Shown here: positions 10,520 to 23,579 of the stretch, piece by piece
Layout of the letters: each line of letters opens with the position of its first letter
How positions within the stretch are numbered: position 1 is the stretch's first letter
Assembly: GCF_000143415.4 (NCBI RefSeq)
Contig: NW_003314277.1
Span: 741,878-805,877 of the forward strand
DNA from: Selaginella moellendorffii
Taxonomy: Eukaryota; Plantae; Lycopodiophyta
Direction: 5' to 3'
Length of the DNA stretch: 64,000 nucleotides
Notes under the pieces: model-generated
Told to the model about the DNA's origin: nothing
The model's database searches: none
Seen by the model: only the letters and a program-made list of their open reading frames with translations
Position numbers and translations under genes: made by a program

Positions 10520-12017
10520 CAATGGCATTTGCTGGAGGCGCTGGATCTCTTCCGCCGGATGGATCTCGAGGGCGTGAAGCCGGACGACGTGACCTTCCTC
10601 GCGATCCTGGGCGCGTGCTCCTCCGCCAGAGATCTCGCCACTGGGAGCGATCTCCACGCCCGGATCGTGGCGAGTGGAATCGCGATCGATGTCGTCGTTG
10701 GCAGCGCGCTCGTCCACTTCTACTGCAAATGCGAGCGAGATCCCCGACCCCAATGTTGTCACATGGCGTCGATCATCGCGGCGCACGCCGAGATGGGATT
10801 GCATCGCGAGGGGATGGATCTCTTCCGGAGGATGCAGCTCTCCGGCGTTAGCGCGGACAGGCTCGTGATCGCCAGCGTGCTCGAGTCGGATCCATCCATC
10901 CGGAGCGCCGCGGCGCCGATTCCCGAGTGGATCTTCCTCTCCGGGCTGGAGCGCGATCCCTACCTGCGAACTGGATTGATCGCTATGTATGGGAAGTGGG
11001 GGCTCCTCCACGAATCCATGGCGATCTTCTTCCGCGAGAGCTCGCTGGATTCCAATGTGGTGGCCTGGACAGCGATGATTTCTTCGTGCTCCCAGCATGG
11101 CCGCGTCGATCTCGCCGTGGCGCTCTTCCATCTCGAGGGCGTGCGGCAGGACTGCGTCTCGATGATGACGATCATGGACGCGCTCGCCAGCGACCCCTCG
11201 TATTGCCCGCGCAACCTCGCGGGGATCGGCGAGGTGATCGCGTCTTGCGGCCTGGAATCCAGCTCCGCGATTGGGAACTCGCTCATCAATCTCCAACGCC
11301 AGGAGCGGCCGGATCGAGCGAGCGCTGGAGATCTTCCACGGGATGATCCATACGCTTGCCCAGAGCGGCAACGCCGCTAGCGTTCTAGTGATGCTCCGCG
11401 AGATGGATATCGAGGGCATCAAGCCCGACGCCGTGGTGTTCGTCAGCGCGATCGATGCTTGCAAATCCAGCTCGCGCCTTGCCGACGGCCGGATCCTCCA
11501 CGCCAGGGCGATCGCCAGCGGCGTCGACGACCGCATCCAGGTCGCGAATTCCCTGCTCGACATGTACAGCAAGTGAGGGCGCCTGGATCTCGCCATGGCC
11601 GTGTTCCCAGCACGACACCATCGCCTGGAACTCGATCGTCATCTCCTTCGCGCAGCATGGGCGATTGGATCCGCGCGAGGGAGCTCTTTGCATCTCGAGG
11701 GAATGGAGCCCAGCCGCGTGACGATCGTGAGCATCCTCTCGGCGTGCCGCCACGCCGGGCTCTTGGAGGAGGCGCGGCGCTACTTCGTGTGCATGGCGGA
11801 CGACCACGGCATCGATCCAGCGCTGCTCCATGATCGATCTCTTCGGCCGCGCGGGGTGGCTGGATCACGCCGAGGTGCTGGTGCGCGAGATGCCCATCCA
11901 GCCCGCGATCACGAGCGTGACGGCGCTCCTGGGATCTTGCCGGATCCACGGCGGCGGACGTCCGGGGCGGCGGAGCAAGCGATCGATCTAGACCCGAGAG
12001 CGCGGCTGGGGGATTAG
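10520..12017 (+). pseudogene. Frameshifted PLS-class PPR pseudogene
   Basis: EALDLFRRMDLEGVKPDDVTFLAILGAC, VVAWTAMIS, VTIVSILSACRHAGLLEEARRYF are spread over several frames with stops. Confidence 0.85.
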
Positions 12018-12221
12018 CGTTGCTAGGAAAGAATAGTGGAATGCGAAGAGCCCTAAAAACATATTCTTTTTTTATACCTTTTTACAGAATTGAAGAATCT
12101 AGTTTGGAGATAAAAGGCATATTTAGTTCACGGGATAAAGGCATATTCCTTTCATTAAGAATCTTTTCGAATCTTTTCTATTATACCTTTTTAAAAGTAG
12201 AAAAGAATCTAGTTTGGGTTT

Positions 12222-13160
12222 GATTGATCTTGCTGCTGGAGCGCGTCTTCGAGCAGATCTTCGCCAAACTCGAGAGCTGCGCATCGAAACATCTGGCTGT
12301 CCACCAGCTTACCTTCGCTGGCCACTCCCCACACTGCGTGCTCGAACACTTCCACCTCGATCGTCGCCACGAATGACTCTCGGCACGCGGGCTGCCACTC
12401 GAGCTTTCCAATCGGAGCAAGGATTTGCTCCGAGAAGGACACCGGCGAAGCATAGCATAGAATCTAATCGCCAAGGAGGAGAGAACCGAAAGCCATACCA
12501 TGATAGTGTGTGAAGGACCAACTCCGGTTAACGCGAACTTCTCTTCCAGGAGAGAGAGCTGCACGTCCTTGAAAATGGTCTCAAGGTCGTTGGTGCGCAG
12601 ATCCAATTTGCAGTTGGCCGATCGGTATCCGAGTGAGAAGACATAAGTGGTCTCCAGGAGTTTGCCGAGCTTGAACCGAGCTCCCGAGCAGACAATCTGG
12701 GAAGAATTATCCCGCGACATCCCCTGGGGCCACACATGACCGGCAAGGAAAGTTTCTCCCCAGTTCTTCTCCTGGTGCGCAAACCCGTCACCGTGAACCA
12801 CCATGTTCTTGTCGCTGCTGAAAAATGTGTACTTTGCTCGGAAGCCCAGGCTGTGCACGTACCAATGGCACGGGAACAGTGGAACTTTCCCTGCCCAGCC
12901 TTCGGGGCCCTTTTTACTGTTGCCAGAATCCCATGGGACCTGGAAAAAACACCGGGATGTGAGACTTTGTTTTGGTTTTGGAATGAAGAACATTACCGTG
13001 TCACTCGTCTCAACTCTGAGGTCGTAGCCATTTAGCCGGACCTCCACGGCTTCATCACGATTTTTCCTATGCCTGCAGCCTCCCACTGAAATCCCTTGGG
13101 CTCGTCGTCATTGTCAGTTCCAGACAAATCTCCTATCGTGCTGAACTTCGCGTCCTGCAA
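12222..13160 (-). pseudogene. Tocopherol-cyclase-like gene fragment (3' part)
   Basis: [22 protein letters not shown] and HQEKNWGETF..GHVW.QG resemble the EKNWG motif of tocopherol-cyclase-type proteins; disrupted and no 5' exons seen. Confidence 0.55.
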
Positions 13161-13269
13161 GAAGAAAACAGCTGGGGAAACTAAGAAACTTCCAATGAAG
13201 AAATGCAGGCCAACAACACAGAAAAACACCAGGAAGGATTGTAAAACAAGGTATTAGAAGGGAAAACAA

Positions 13270-13452
13270 TAGACCATAGTCGATGAAAAAACGAAAAAGA
13301 ACAGTGGGTGGACGACATGGAGACTAGAAACCTAGTAAACTATGATCGATAAAAAAAGGAAAAGAATAGTGTAGCGAACTATGATCGATGAAAAAAAGGA
13401 AAAGACCAGTGAAGTGGACGACATGGAGACTAGAAAGCTAGTAAACTATGAT
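13270..13452. repeat. Local direct repeats (gtggacgacatggagactagaaa.ctagtaaactatgat x2; actatgatcgat x2)
   Basis: Visible duplicated ~40-bp words. Confidence 0.65.
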
Positions 13453-13610
13453 AAAACTCACACCCGAGATACTCGTAGACTTAAAACAAAACGAATGCTA
13501 GCAATCTAGGAGTGCGTGAACTATATAAAAAAATAGAACAAGAAAAAAAACGATTTATTGTCGGAAGCCTGTACATATGCTTGGCGTATTTGAATCCACC
13601 ATATACGAGC

Positions 13611-13712
13611 TTATGGATAATGGATCACATCAGCTGCGTCCCTGACTGTCTCGGCACCCTGCTGCTCCACTTGGATCTTGAACTTCTCTTCCAGTGCCAT
13701 GACAATCTTGAC
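13611..13712 (-). pseudogene. Isolated last exon of an acyl carrier protein gene
   Basis: After a cag acceptor: VKIVMALEEKFKIQVEQQGAETVRDAADVIH, matching the ACP helix II-IV consensus VEIVMALEE.F.I. Confidence 0.75.
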
Positions 13713-14309
13713 CTGTATTTACAATATCATATTCATCTTAGAAGGACGTAATTACGTCTTTCTATCCAACATATATGCCTCAAAGTCAACATATATTGCT
13801 CCTTTGTACAGTTTAGATAATGATGGTTGTTGAGACACAGAAGTGGACAAAGTCTTCCACCCCTATCGTTTATCTACCGGTGCCAGAAGCTCTTGCGTAT
13901 GAACGCAAAATATATTGCTTTTCAGAATATATCGCCAACTTCAAACATCATTCATCACATTCATCGTCGTATGTGAGCTCCTTCAACTCGCAGCCCTGTG
14001 CTTCCAGAATTGGAAAACTTTACGGACAAAGTTGTGCTTCCTGAATGCCTCGCAAGTGTTTTATACTTGTTCGATGCACGGAAAAAAGGAGCAGCACGAA
14101 GCATTGGGCCGGAGACAGCTTAGCACCGATTCAACACCAGACACCAGAATGGTGCAAGACTGTCACACAAGAATAGACTAGACTAAACCAAAGAACTATC
14201 TGAATAGAGAGAAAAAAGGAGAGAAAAGAAACTTGAGAAACTCGAGGTTCGAGACGCAGGAAGTTAAGTCTGGAAAAAATCTTGAAGATGGCAGTAAGTT
14301 TCGAAAGGA

Positions 14310-14594
14310 CTGGAGCTCGACCAACCGGACGCTCTCGACCAGGCTCGAGAGCTCCACACAAGATTTTTCCCTGGAGCTGCTGCAGCTGGAGATGTTGCTG
14401 AAGCTACTGCTCTCGTCAACATGTATGGGAGATGTGGGGAGCGTGAGCGATGCCAAGATCGTCTTGATGAGATGGAGCACAGGAAAATCACCCTGGTTAC
14501 GTACTCGTTGAACCAGTAGTGCCTGGAAGCTCTTCGTTTCTTTCGGACCATGCTACTCGAAGGCGATAGCTTCATGTTCCTCAAATCGCTGGAG
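14310..14594 (+). pseudogene. Older decayed internal fragment of PPR-B
   Basis: Matches ~44890-45190 with many small deletions. Confidence 0.8.
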
Positions 14595-14653
14595 AAGAAG
14601 TTGGCTAAGTATCAGTCGAGAAGAAGAGAAAGAAAGAAAAAACCAATGGAAGA

Positions 14654-14892
14654 CTTACATCGGCTCCAGTGCGATGAGCAGCATCGAGAATTGAAGTAGT
14701 GGAGTAGGCTGGACCGATAAACACTGCTTCATTGGCTCGACGGACGTGTAGCGAATTTCGAGCAGCAATACCGCCACCTTTTTTAATCCCAGGCTATGTG
14801 CAGTCTTGATGATCTGGCACGCAATCTTGCCCCTGTTCGCGATCAGGATCTTCTCGATCGGAGATTTCTCCGTGGGAGGCACTTGAGAGAAA
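14654..14892 (-). pseudogene. MCCA: Decayed MCCA exon-1 relic
   Basis: [32 protein letters not shown] plus the exon-1 donor. Confidence 0.8.
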
Positions 14893-15419
14893 GGATACCT
14901 TGCCTGTTGGATACTTATCTTCCTATCTGAGTTAAGTTCCTCGCTGAGTAGTAAAAACATGCTCAACACTCAGCTGTTCATATCAGTCACAGAAAGATCT
15001 TTTGCAATGTGGAATGACTAAGGTTCAAATGATATAATGCCTCCCCTCCTTGTTGCTTTGGCCAAGAAAAACTTGCCATGAACCCCTAAACTTCTGTAAA
15101 GGTTTGGTAGTCTCACTCTTTGCAGTTGGAAATGCCGAAGAGCTTACATTTCTCACTAATAGAAACAAACAAAATAAAAAAAGTCATATGACTAACACAT
15201 GAATGGAAACAAATAATAAGCTGTATAGCAAGGTGATTTTTTCCCTCTATGTAAAGCTGCTAGAAAAATAAAAACAAACAAACAAGAAATGGAGCAATCC
15301 ATAAAAAACTGAAAGCCCATGTTTTGTCTAACAGCAAAAAAAACACTTAATAAATTTTTTGGAGTTAAATCTAGTATTCTGAAATTATAAAGTTCTTTCT
15401 GATTTGGCTAGGACAATTG

Positions 15420-15830
15420 TTTAGATTTATTGACACAATGTGAGTAGATTTATAATTTCACGGTGATACATACAAATATGTGAAAAATGAACATACTTAG
15501 AATATGCATATTTTAGAATATTCTACTATCTAACAGTTGATATTTATTTGAATTAATTTTTTATTTACAATTTAATTTTTCCTAAACACTTCATAATATA
15601 TTCTAGTAAGGATATTATGTAGCCCTGATCAAACCTTGGGTGTTCAACTTTACACTCTTTGTTGAACTTTTAGTTTATATGTGAATTATTAACTTTTGCC
15701 TTATATGCATTATAATAAATTTGGATTTGAGCTTCATCTCAAACTCGAATTTTAGTTTGGATATGGATATATAAAGTGAAAGTCTAAAATAGTTGTTTTA
15801 TTAAGGTGTGGTAGGTTGCAAATACCAAAA
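15420..15830 (-). mobile_element. Heavily mutated retrotransposon relic (copy of 31740-32110)
   Basis: 15721-15821 aligns without gaps to 32010-32110, which is contiguous with recognisable integrase motifs. Confidence 0.55.
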
Positions 15831-17440
15831 AGATAATAAAGGATAAATTATTCTACCATATGAAAGAAAATTAATCTTGTATTTCTAAATTATAAAATAT
15901 TATAAAATTTTGATTGAAAACATTACTATTAAGAAAACTAAGTATGCAACATGCAATAAATTATTTGTTATTACTTTGATAAATATATTTGAGTTTATAA
16001 TTAATTTAAATGTGTATTTTATAATTACTTTTTACAAACTCCATCACACACATAATAATCATAGTTCATGCTAATATCAATCTTTTGTGTAAATGCATTA
16101 AAAATAATTCAAAATAATCAAATGAAATAAAATAAATATACACAATTTATATGTTAAATATATTTTTAATGTAAAATTAATTTGATATAAATGAGTTAAA
16201 GGTTTTGGAGGATAATGAATTTATTTTAGAGATTGTTATTATCTAAAAGTTAAAAGTTTAACTAAATGTAATTATAAACTATTAAGATTTTTTTAAAATT
16301 ATATAGTCATTATTTTATTTATTAATGCAATAGAAAGATATATTCTAATTCCCTTTTTATGTTTAAACATTTGTTTATTCTGGAATGTAAACTTAACAAA
16401 AATTTATAATAAATTCAATTACAAGTGGTGGAAATAACAGTGATACGTTAAAAGTTATTAAAATTCATCTATTTAGAAAAATAATTTTGTGACTATTATA
16501 AAAAATTAAAAAATAAATTTAGAAAATACCATCACCAAAATACACTATCATTGATAAAAAGAATGTAAATTATAAAGTCATTAGTAGTATAGTGGCATAA
16601 ACACTCAATAATATTTAACTTACAAATAATCTATTTCACATTACTTTCAAAATTAAATTAATAAATAAAACAAAAAAAATATTTAAAGAAAATTATTTTA
16701 AAATTTTATGTATCTCATAAGACATTAAAATTATTTCTAGATTTTAGCATTGCAATTTTGTGATTGAGCTTCCTACATAGCATTTTTGCTTGCCTTTAAC
16801 TTGTATTTCATAGCGATAGTTGCTTAAAATTTTATGTGTAATTAAAGACTATATTAAATTAATCTCTTTCTCAAAAACTATTATTTAAATTGTATAATAT
16901 ACTAATTTGTATTTAATTATTTTAATATAGTATGTAACTTTATGTATTACACTCATATATTATTTATATATTACATATTAGAATTTATATATTATGTATA
17001 CAACATGAAGTTTGGTTTATACTATATTTCTTTAGTTTGTGCACTTGTTGCATATCACATTTTAGAAAGTATAAATAATATATAGAAATATCATTAAATT
17101 TCTTTAAATTTAATATAAATTATATATATATATATTATATTATATATTTAAAAAAATTTATTTCAATGAAATTTTTTTAAAGGTTTTTTTTATATTTTTA
17201 AAATTAAATTGAAAAGCTTTTTCTTCTATATTATTGTTTATGGGAAATCCAAATTACTCTGTTTATTACGAGTTTAGTTTACATAAGTTTGTTGAATAAC
17301 AACACAAAAAATGTTATAAAAACAATTATTCAAAATTAAATATACTATTACTAACATTCTTCTAGATTTTTAGAGAAATAATTTTCATATTATCATCCCT
17401 AATTAATGACTAACATTATATAACAGGTGTTAGGGTTAAG
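15830..17440. other. Extremely AT-rich non-coding tract; 3' part shared with 40700-41200
   Basis: No ORFs in the track; almost only A/T; tatactatatttct.tagtttgtgcacttgttgcatatcacatttt recurs at ~40750. Confidence 0.7.
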
Positions 17441-17461
17441 AAACTACATTGTTTCGGGGAG

Positions 17462-19151
17462 ATGAGCTCGGAGCTCGGTATGATCTAGGCGTCACCAATT
17501 ATCTCTAACAAGTTTCTGTGTGTCAGATCCTTTTCTCGCTGCCTACGGCCGGGAGGTAAAGCATGCCAGGCTCCAGGACCGCTGCCTCCACATCCCGTCT
17601 GGCTTCTTGGGCCGTTACAACCTGTCCAAGCTCTGGGTCCATCCAAACTACCTTTTCATGGATCAGTTCATTGTGGAGAAGTGGAGCAGGGTCGTGAAGG
17701 AGAGGAAAGGGTTGAAGAACTTCCACATCGTCTCAACGCCAGGTATCGGCAAGACGTTCTATGGCCACTACTTCTTTCACAGTAGAGCTCAGGAAGGACA
17801 GAAAGTAGTGTGGAGGACCGAAGATGACGTTCCAGAGTACTTGTTCTTCGACTTCTCGCTGGACGATCCTCTGGTGCTGCAATCGAAATGGTATACTCGA
17901 CCGCGGGGGTGGGACATGACGAGTGTCTGGCTCATCGTCGACGGGGGCTCGAGGGGAATAAGCCACCTGGGGCCTCTCATCCAGTGCGTCGGATCGCCGG
18001 ATCGCACTGGCTACTACGAGTTCTCCAAGGACCATGGCTATATATGCCGCCTGGGAGCCTGGTCTCTCGAGGAACTGCAGCAGTGCAGCCAGGAGCTTGA
18101 GCTGGGAATGACAGACGAGGAAATCGGTGTCCGCTTTTACTACTGTGGCGGGCTACCAAGGCTTCTCTTCAACACGGAGAAGTTCTCGGTGGCCGCGCTC
18201 CAAGGGTTGGTGCACGAGGCAGCTGCCAGGGTGGAGAGCTGGAGAAATGTGCTCCACTGCACACTCAACTCGGACAAGGACCCCGCTGTTTCTGATATTC
18301 TGCTCCACTACCGTCTTACGACTGACAGATTCGACTCGAACATACCTGCGTGTTACCGGGTGCTGCACCCTCACTTGGTGTTTGGCTCGGACTGCATTCA
18401 GAAGCTTGCTTTTGAAAGGTTTGAGAAGCAGGGGCTTCAGGCTTTCCGTGACTTTTTCGACTTATGCCGGGGATATCCGGTTGCAAACACCATGGCGGGC
18501 AAAATATACCAGCAGCACGTCCACAAGGTACTTGCCACTGGAGGTTACCAGTTTGATCTTCGGTCCCTGGAAGAGGAAGGTGACGGCGTCGAACTCTTCC
18601 ATCGGAGGCCAACGTCAGTGAAGCGGCTGCGCGAGTGGAAAGTGTTCGTAAAGAAGCGCTGCGTGGGGTCTGGTTTCAACGTTTACTCCAGGGACGTGAG
18701 TCCTGTGGACGCTTATCGTGCGGGGGCGGAGGAATCACGGGGCCTTGCAGGCTTGCCTGACAATTGCTTCGTGGAGCCTTACGCGTCAAACGAGAAATCT
18801 TTCGACTCGTTGGTCACTCCGGACGTAATTCTCCAGGTTACAACGTCAGCCACGCATCCGGTCTATTGGTCCAAGATCCACGAGCTCGTTCAGGGGTTGG
18901 ATGAGTTGCATGACAAGCTCAAGCTGGTGCGTCCCAAGCAGTACAAACTCATCTACGTCGTTCCCGAGCCTATACACGTACCAGGGCTTCAAGAAAGACG
19001 ATGGATCCATGTATCAGAGAGATGTTGCCGGGATGGACAGGGTTCATCAGTATGTGATGACTGTTCCATGGAGTTTGCATTAAGCTCTTCAAAAGTGACT
19101 GAAACAGAAATCCCGTGGCTCTTGTTACAAAAGAATCAAAGTTTAAACTAA
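17462..19151 (+). pseudogene. CR NTPase+nuclease copy 2; 11-nt deletion at ~18971 frameshifts the last ~40 aa (ancestral stop 19083)
   Basis: Micro-exon MSSEL 17462-17477, intron 17478-17526; cccgagcct|atacacg versus cccgagcctagctttgagggatacacg in copy 1. Confidence 0.8.
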
Positions 19152-19285
19152 AACTTCTGCTCGCGTTACCTTTGCTAAGAACTTCATACTAAAGATCTCC
19201 AGAGGTTACCACTTACATCATCTGTGAGCCAACACAACAATCGAACGATGATCTAAAAACCTCTTTTTTCTTCCAATGCCGCGCG

Positions 19286-20397
19286 ATGTTGTTGCGATTG
19301 AATCCAGAGCTCAAGGAGCCACCACCAGTAGCAGCGAGAAAGACCCACGCGCTGGATCCCAAGCGCGTCCACTTCTTCAAGTCCATGCTCAAGCTCCACG
19401 GTGACGCCAAGAACCTGGACGCCGGGCGAGCGGTCCACCTCCAGATGATCACCAGCGGCTACCACCGCGACCGCTACCTCTGCAACCTCCTCATCCAGAT
19501 GTATGGCCGCTGCCGCAGCGTCCACGACGCCATCGCCGTCTTCCACACCGTGAGCCGCAAGAACGTCTTCACCTGGACCATCCTCATCGTCGCTCACACC
19601 CACAACGGCCTCTTCTTCGAGGCCGTGGAGCTCTTCCGCGAGATGGACGTCCACGGCGTCCAGTCCGACGAGTTCACCTTCTCCGCCATCCTGGAAGCCT
19701 GCTCCAACCTCGGCCTCGCCTTCCTCTCGCTCGGCAAGACCATCCACTCGAGAATCCACCAGCAGGGCCTCAAACTCACGTCCGTCCTGGCGACTTCGCT
19801 CATCAGCATGTATGGCCGGTGTGGCTGCGTCAACCCGGCCGTGAAGATCTTCCACAGCCTCGAGAACCCGACGGTGATATGCTCCACCGTATGCCCAGAA
19901 CGGGCATATCGAACAGGCTGCGGAGATCTTCGAGAGAATGCAGCTCCAAGGCCTGGATCCCGACTTGATCGCCTGGACTGCGATGATGACGGCGTATAAC
20001 CAGCTCGGGCATGCCAGAGAGGCGCTGCTTCTCTTCCGGAAGATGGACCTCCAAGGTCTCGAGCCGGACAGGTTTGCATTCGTCGCTGCTATTGATGCTT
20101 GCTCTAGCATCCCGTCACTGGAGCAAGGCACTGTCCTCCACTCTCGCTTGCTAGCCTCGTGGGTGGAATGCGATGGTGTCGTCGGGAACGCGCTGCTAAA
20201 CTTCTACGCCAAGGCGGGGCTTGTTCACGAGTCGAGGAGCCTCTTCTCGAGCATGAAAGTGAAGAACGTCGTTGTCCTTGGAACTAGCCTCGTCAACATG
20301 TACAGCAAATGTGGAAGAAGCGGAAGAAGTCTTCAAGAGGATGCCCACGAAAGATAAAATCTCGTGGACTGCCATGGTGACTGCCTACGCTCAAAAC
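19286..20397 (+). pseudogene. Chimeric PPR-A/PPR-B pseudogene copy 2 with extra 14-nt deletion at ~19887
   Basis: Same as 2606-3731 except loss of tgccatgatcgacg. Confidence 0.85.
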
Positions 20398-23065
20398 CAT
20401 GGGAGAAGCGACGGCTCCCGGTGTGAGCTTGCTGCTACTGCCAGCACTTGTTAATCGTTGAGATGTTTCACAATGGCTTTCTGTATCATAGGCCTCCCGC
20501 AACGCTGTTGTAAAGTGATGGTGCTCGCCGTCCTTCTACACGTGAATGTGATAAGCCGATTTCTGTTGTCCAGAAAATGCCAATTAGATCTAAATTGAAA
20601 GGAGAGAAAACTGCATACCTGCAGATAATAACCATAGCTTATAGTGGAGGAAATGCCATTGATGTCGACAGTTATGTCACAGCCAGAACTAGCAACTCTT
20701 TTAGCTGTGTTTGACACAAGATGAATCTTCCGCAAACTGCACAATATGACTCCACTTGGGGAATAGGCAAAAGGGAAAACAATGCGTCTACCTTTACTAA
20801 GAACTCGCTGTCACTTGAATAAGTGACATCTAAGCTCATCGGTTCGCATGAGAGACTCTCGGACTCAGGCATCCAGTCTAACGAGATCTTCCTGGTATAA
20901 GGATTGTTGACTCGAAAACCAGAAGTTGTATGCCATGGGCCTCCAGTTCTCGATTCTGCACTGGAAATCGTAAATGCTGGCTATCTAAAAACTGCGAGTC
21001 GATCTTACCTGGTCGTCGAAAACTCTCCCTTACACATACGCCCACGGCCGCTAAAGCAGCGAAAGATTTTACATCTCGCTTGGCTCTTTCGGAAAAATCT
21101 AGTGGCTGTGTTTCCAGGTCCCCAGCCCTGAAAGCCGGATGTTTTGCAAGCTTTTTTAAAAAGTGGATGTTAGTTGGAAGTCCAGCAACCTGGCGAATGC
21201 AATGTTAGTACTCAACAATAATTACAAAAAAAAAGAGCAAACCAACTTGCCTGAAAATTCGAGAGGCAATTATGCAGCTTCGCCAACGCCATATCGCGAT
21301 CACTACCCCATACGACCAGCTTGGCTATCATAGGATCGTAGTGGACGCTTACAGCATCACTTTGCTCTACACCCGTCTCAATTCTCACTGCATTGACAAG
21401 ATAAACTGCTTAGTATTCTTCAAGTTTGACACGAGTTACCAGTGGATGAAGCGGGAGGTGGATTATAATGGTAAAGAACTCCAGCAGCAGGTAGAAAACC
21501 TCTTGGAACGTTTTCAGCATAGACCCGAGCCTCAAACGCATGACCTGCTTAGCTGCGATAATCTTCGGGAATAAGCGGTATACTCTTTTGCTCAAGTGGA
21601 AGGCTTTCGCCATTTGCGACACGAATTTGCCATTCCACCAAGTCTTGACGCGTCACCATTTCGGTGACAGGGTGCTCAACCTGACCACAAGTTTAATTCA
21701 GCATATACAGAAACTAGTGGAAGTCCGTCCTTACTTGCAAACGTGTGTTCATCTCCATAAAGAAAAAATCTCCTGTTGCAGTGTCGACAATAAACTCGAC
21801 AGGTAATTCACAGCCTTCGATAGAAAAGAAATTTAGATTTGATAGCAGCAAATCACAAAAGAGGATACCTTAGCCGCATTGACTGCTGCTTGTCCTATTG
21901 AGTTGCGAAAGTCGTCTGACATGAGCGGCTGGAATATTAAAAAAAAAAACATGGTGAAACAGCAAACAGCCTGAAATATTGTCCTACCGCTGGTGCTTCC
22001 TCTATAATTTTCTGGTGGCGCCTCTGAACGCTACAGTCCCGTTCAAACAAATGAACAACGTTTCCAAAGCGGTCGCCAAAGATCTGTCAGCAAGTCTGTG
22101 ATAAATTTCCAGATTGCAGAAAATCTCCCACCTGGACTTCTATGTGTCGAGGCTGTGCGATATACTTCTCAATCAAGACCCTGGTGTCGCCAAACGCAGC
22201 AGCAGACTCACGTAGAGCGCTTCTCAAACTGTCCAGAAACTCGTCTCTGCTGTGGACAATCCTCATGCCCTGAACCAAAACTTTACAAGAGAAATTAGTA
22301 GTGTCGCCAACATGAAACAAAATACCAAAAAGAAAGCAAAAAACCAACCTTTCCTCCGCCACCAAGAACAGGCTTGATCAGAACGGGATAGCCAATCCGA
22401 TCAGCCTCAGATTGCAGCAGCTCGTGGCTCTGATCATCCCCGTGGTATCCAGGAACAACAGGAACATTAGCACCGCTCATAAGCTTTTTGGAGGCACTAA
22501 GGAGTTCCAAGATAGTTCTTATGGCTGGTTCTTTGAAGAAAAATGGAGATGGCGTACCTTTTGTCTCCCATCAAGCTAATCGCAGCTGCCGAAGGGCCAA
22601 TGAATGTGATCCCAGACTCGTGGCAAGCCTGCGCAAACTTCGAATTTTCTGATAGAAATCCATACCCGGGATGGATTGCCTGAGAAGAAGTTGGATATGT
22701 ATGGGTTGAGAAGAAAAGAAATGAAAGCTTACATCGGCTCCAGTGCGACGAGCAGCGTCGAGGATGGAAGTAGTGGACAAGTAGCTGAGCTGCGCAGAGG
22801 CGGGGCCGATAAACACTGCTTCATCGGCTCGACGGACGTGTAGCGAGTTTCGATCGGCATCACTGTAAACCGCCACCGTTTTTAATCCCAAGCTACGCGC
22901 GGTCTTGATGATCCGGCACGCAATCTCGCCCCTGTTCGCGATCAGGATCTTCTCGATCGGCTGCTGGGCCGGAGATTTCTCCACGGGAGGCGCTTGAGAG
23001 AAGGGATTGGCGAGCGAGCTCCAACATCGCTTGCTCCTCCTCGCAATGGATGCGGAATTTCCCAT
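20398..23065 (-). pseudogene. MCCA: MCCA pseudogene copy 2
   Basis: Apparently identical to 3732-6399, including the frameshift and truncation. Confidence 0.85.
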
Positions 23066-23579
23066 GGACGATCGGCAGCGCTAAAGATGAGCTAGAGAAT
23101 GCGTGTCACCTGATCGAATCGAGGAGCCAGGACCTCCGCTGGAGAAAACCCTAGCCTTGAGATACCTTGTCGTGCTTATCCCGTGAAATAGTCTAATCAC
23201 TTGAGAAGGAGACCTCTGGAGAAATGAGTGGAGGCTCCACGAATCCATTGCAAGGAGTGACAATATCGACAGCTATCTTGCTAGTTGGTAGTGCGATAGA
23301 GAAAATTCACCTTCGACTCAATGGGGAGATATTTCTTCTTGGACAGTGATGTGCACTGCATATGCCCTCAAAGGGCATTTTCTGGAAGTACTGGATCATG
23401 GCTTATAAACTCGTGAAATACTAACACTGATTTTTATATGACATGGCAGGAGGGTATCCCTGTGAATCTGAATCCGTCCTTGCTTTCTGAGTTAAGCAAG
23501 ATAGAAAATGTTGATTAAGTTAGAATGGGGATTATGCAAGCTACGTGCGATTAAATGGGGGATTCTGGGAAAAAAATTA

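Larger units (their letters stand above)
770..17461. repeat. Tandem segmental duplication unit 1 (CR-PPR-MCCA relic-CR relic-4TM gene-fragments-AT-rich tail)
   Basis: Collinear with 17462-41210 (offset 16666-16690 over the first 6 kb); first ~2.8 kb also matches 41211-44044. Confidence 0.9.
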
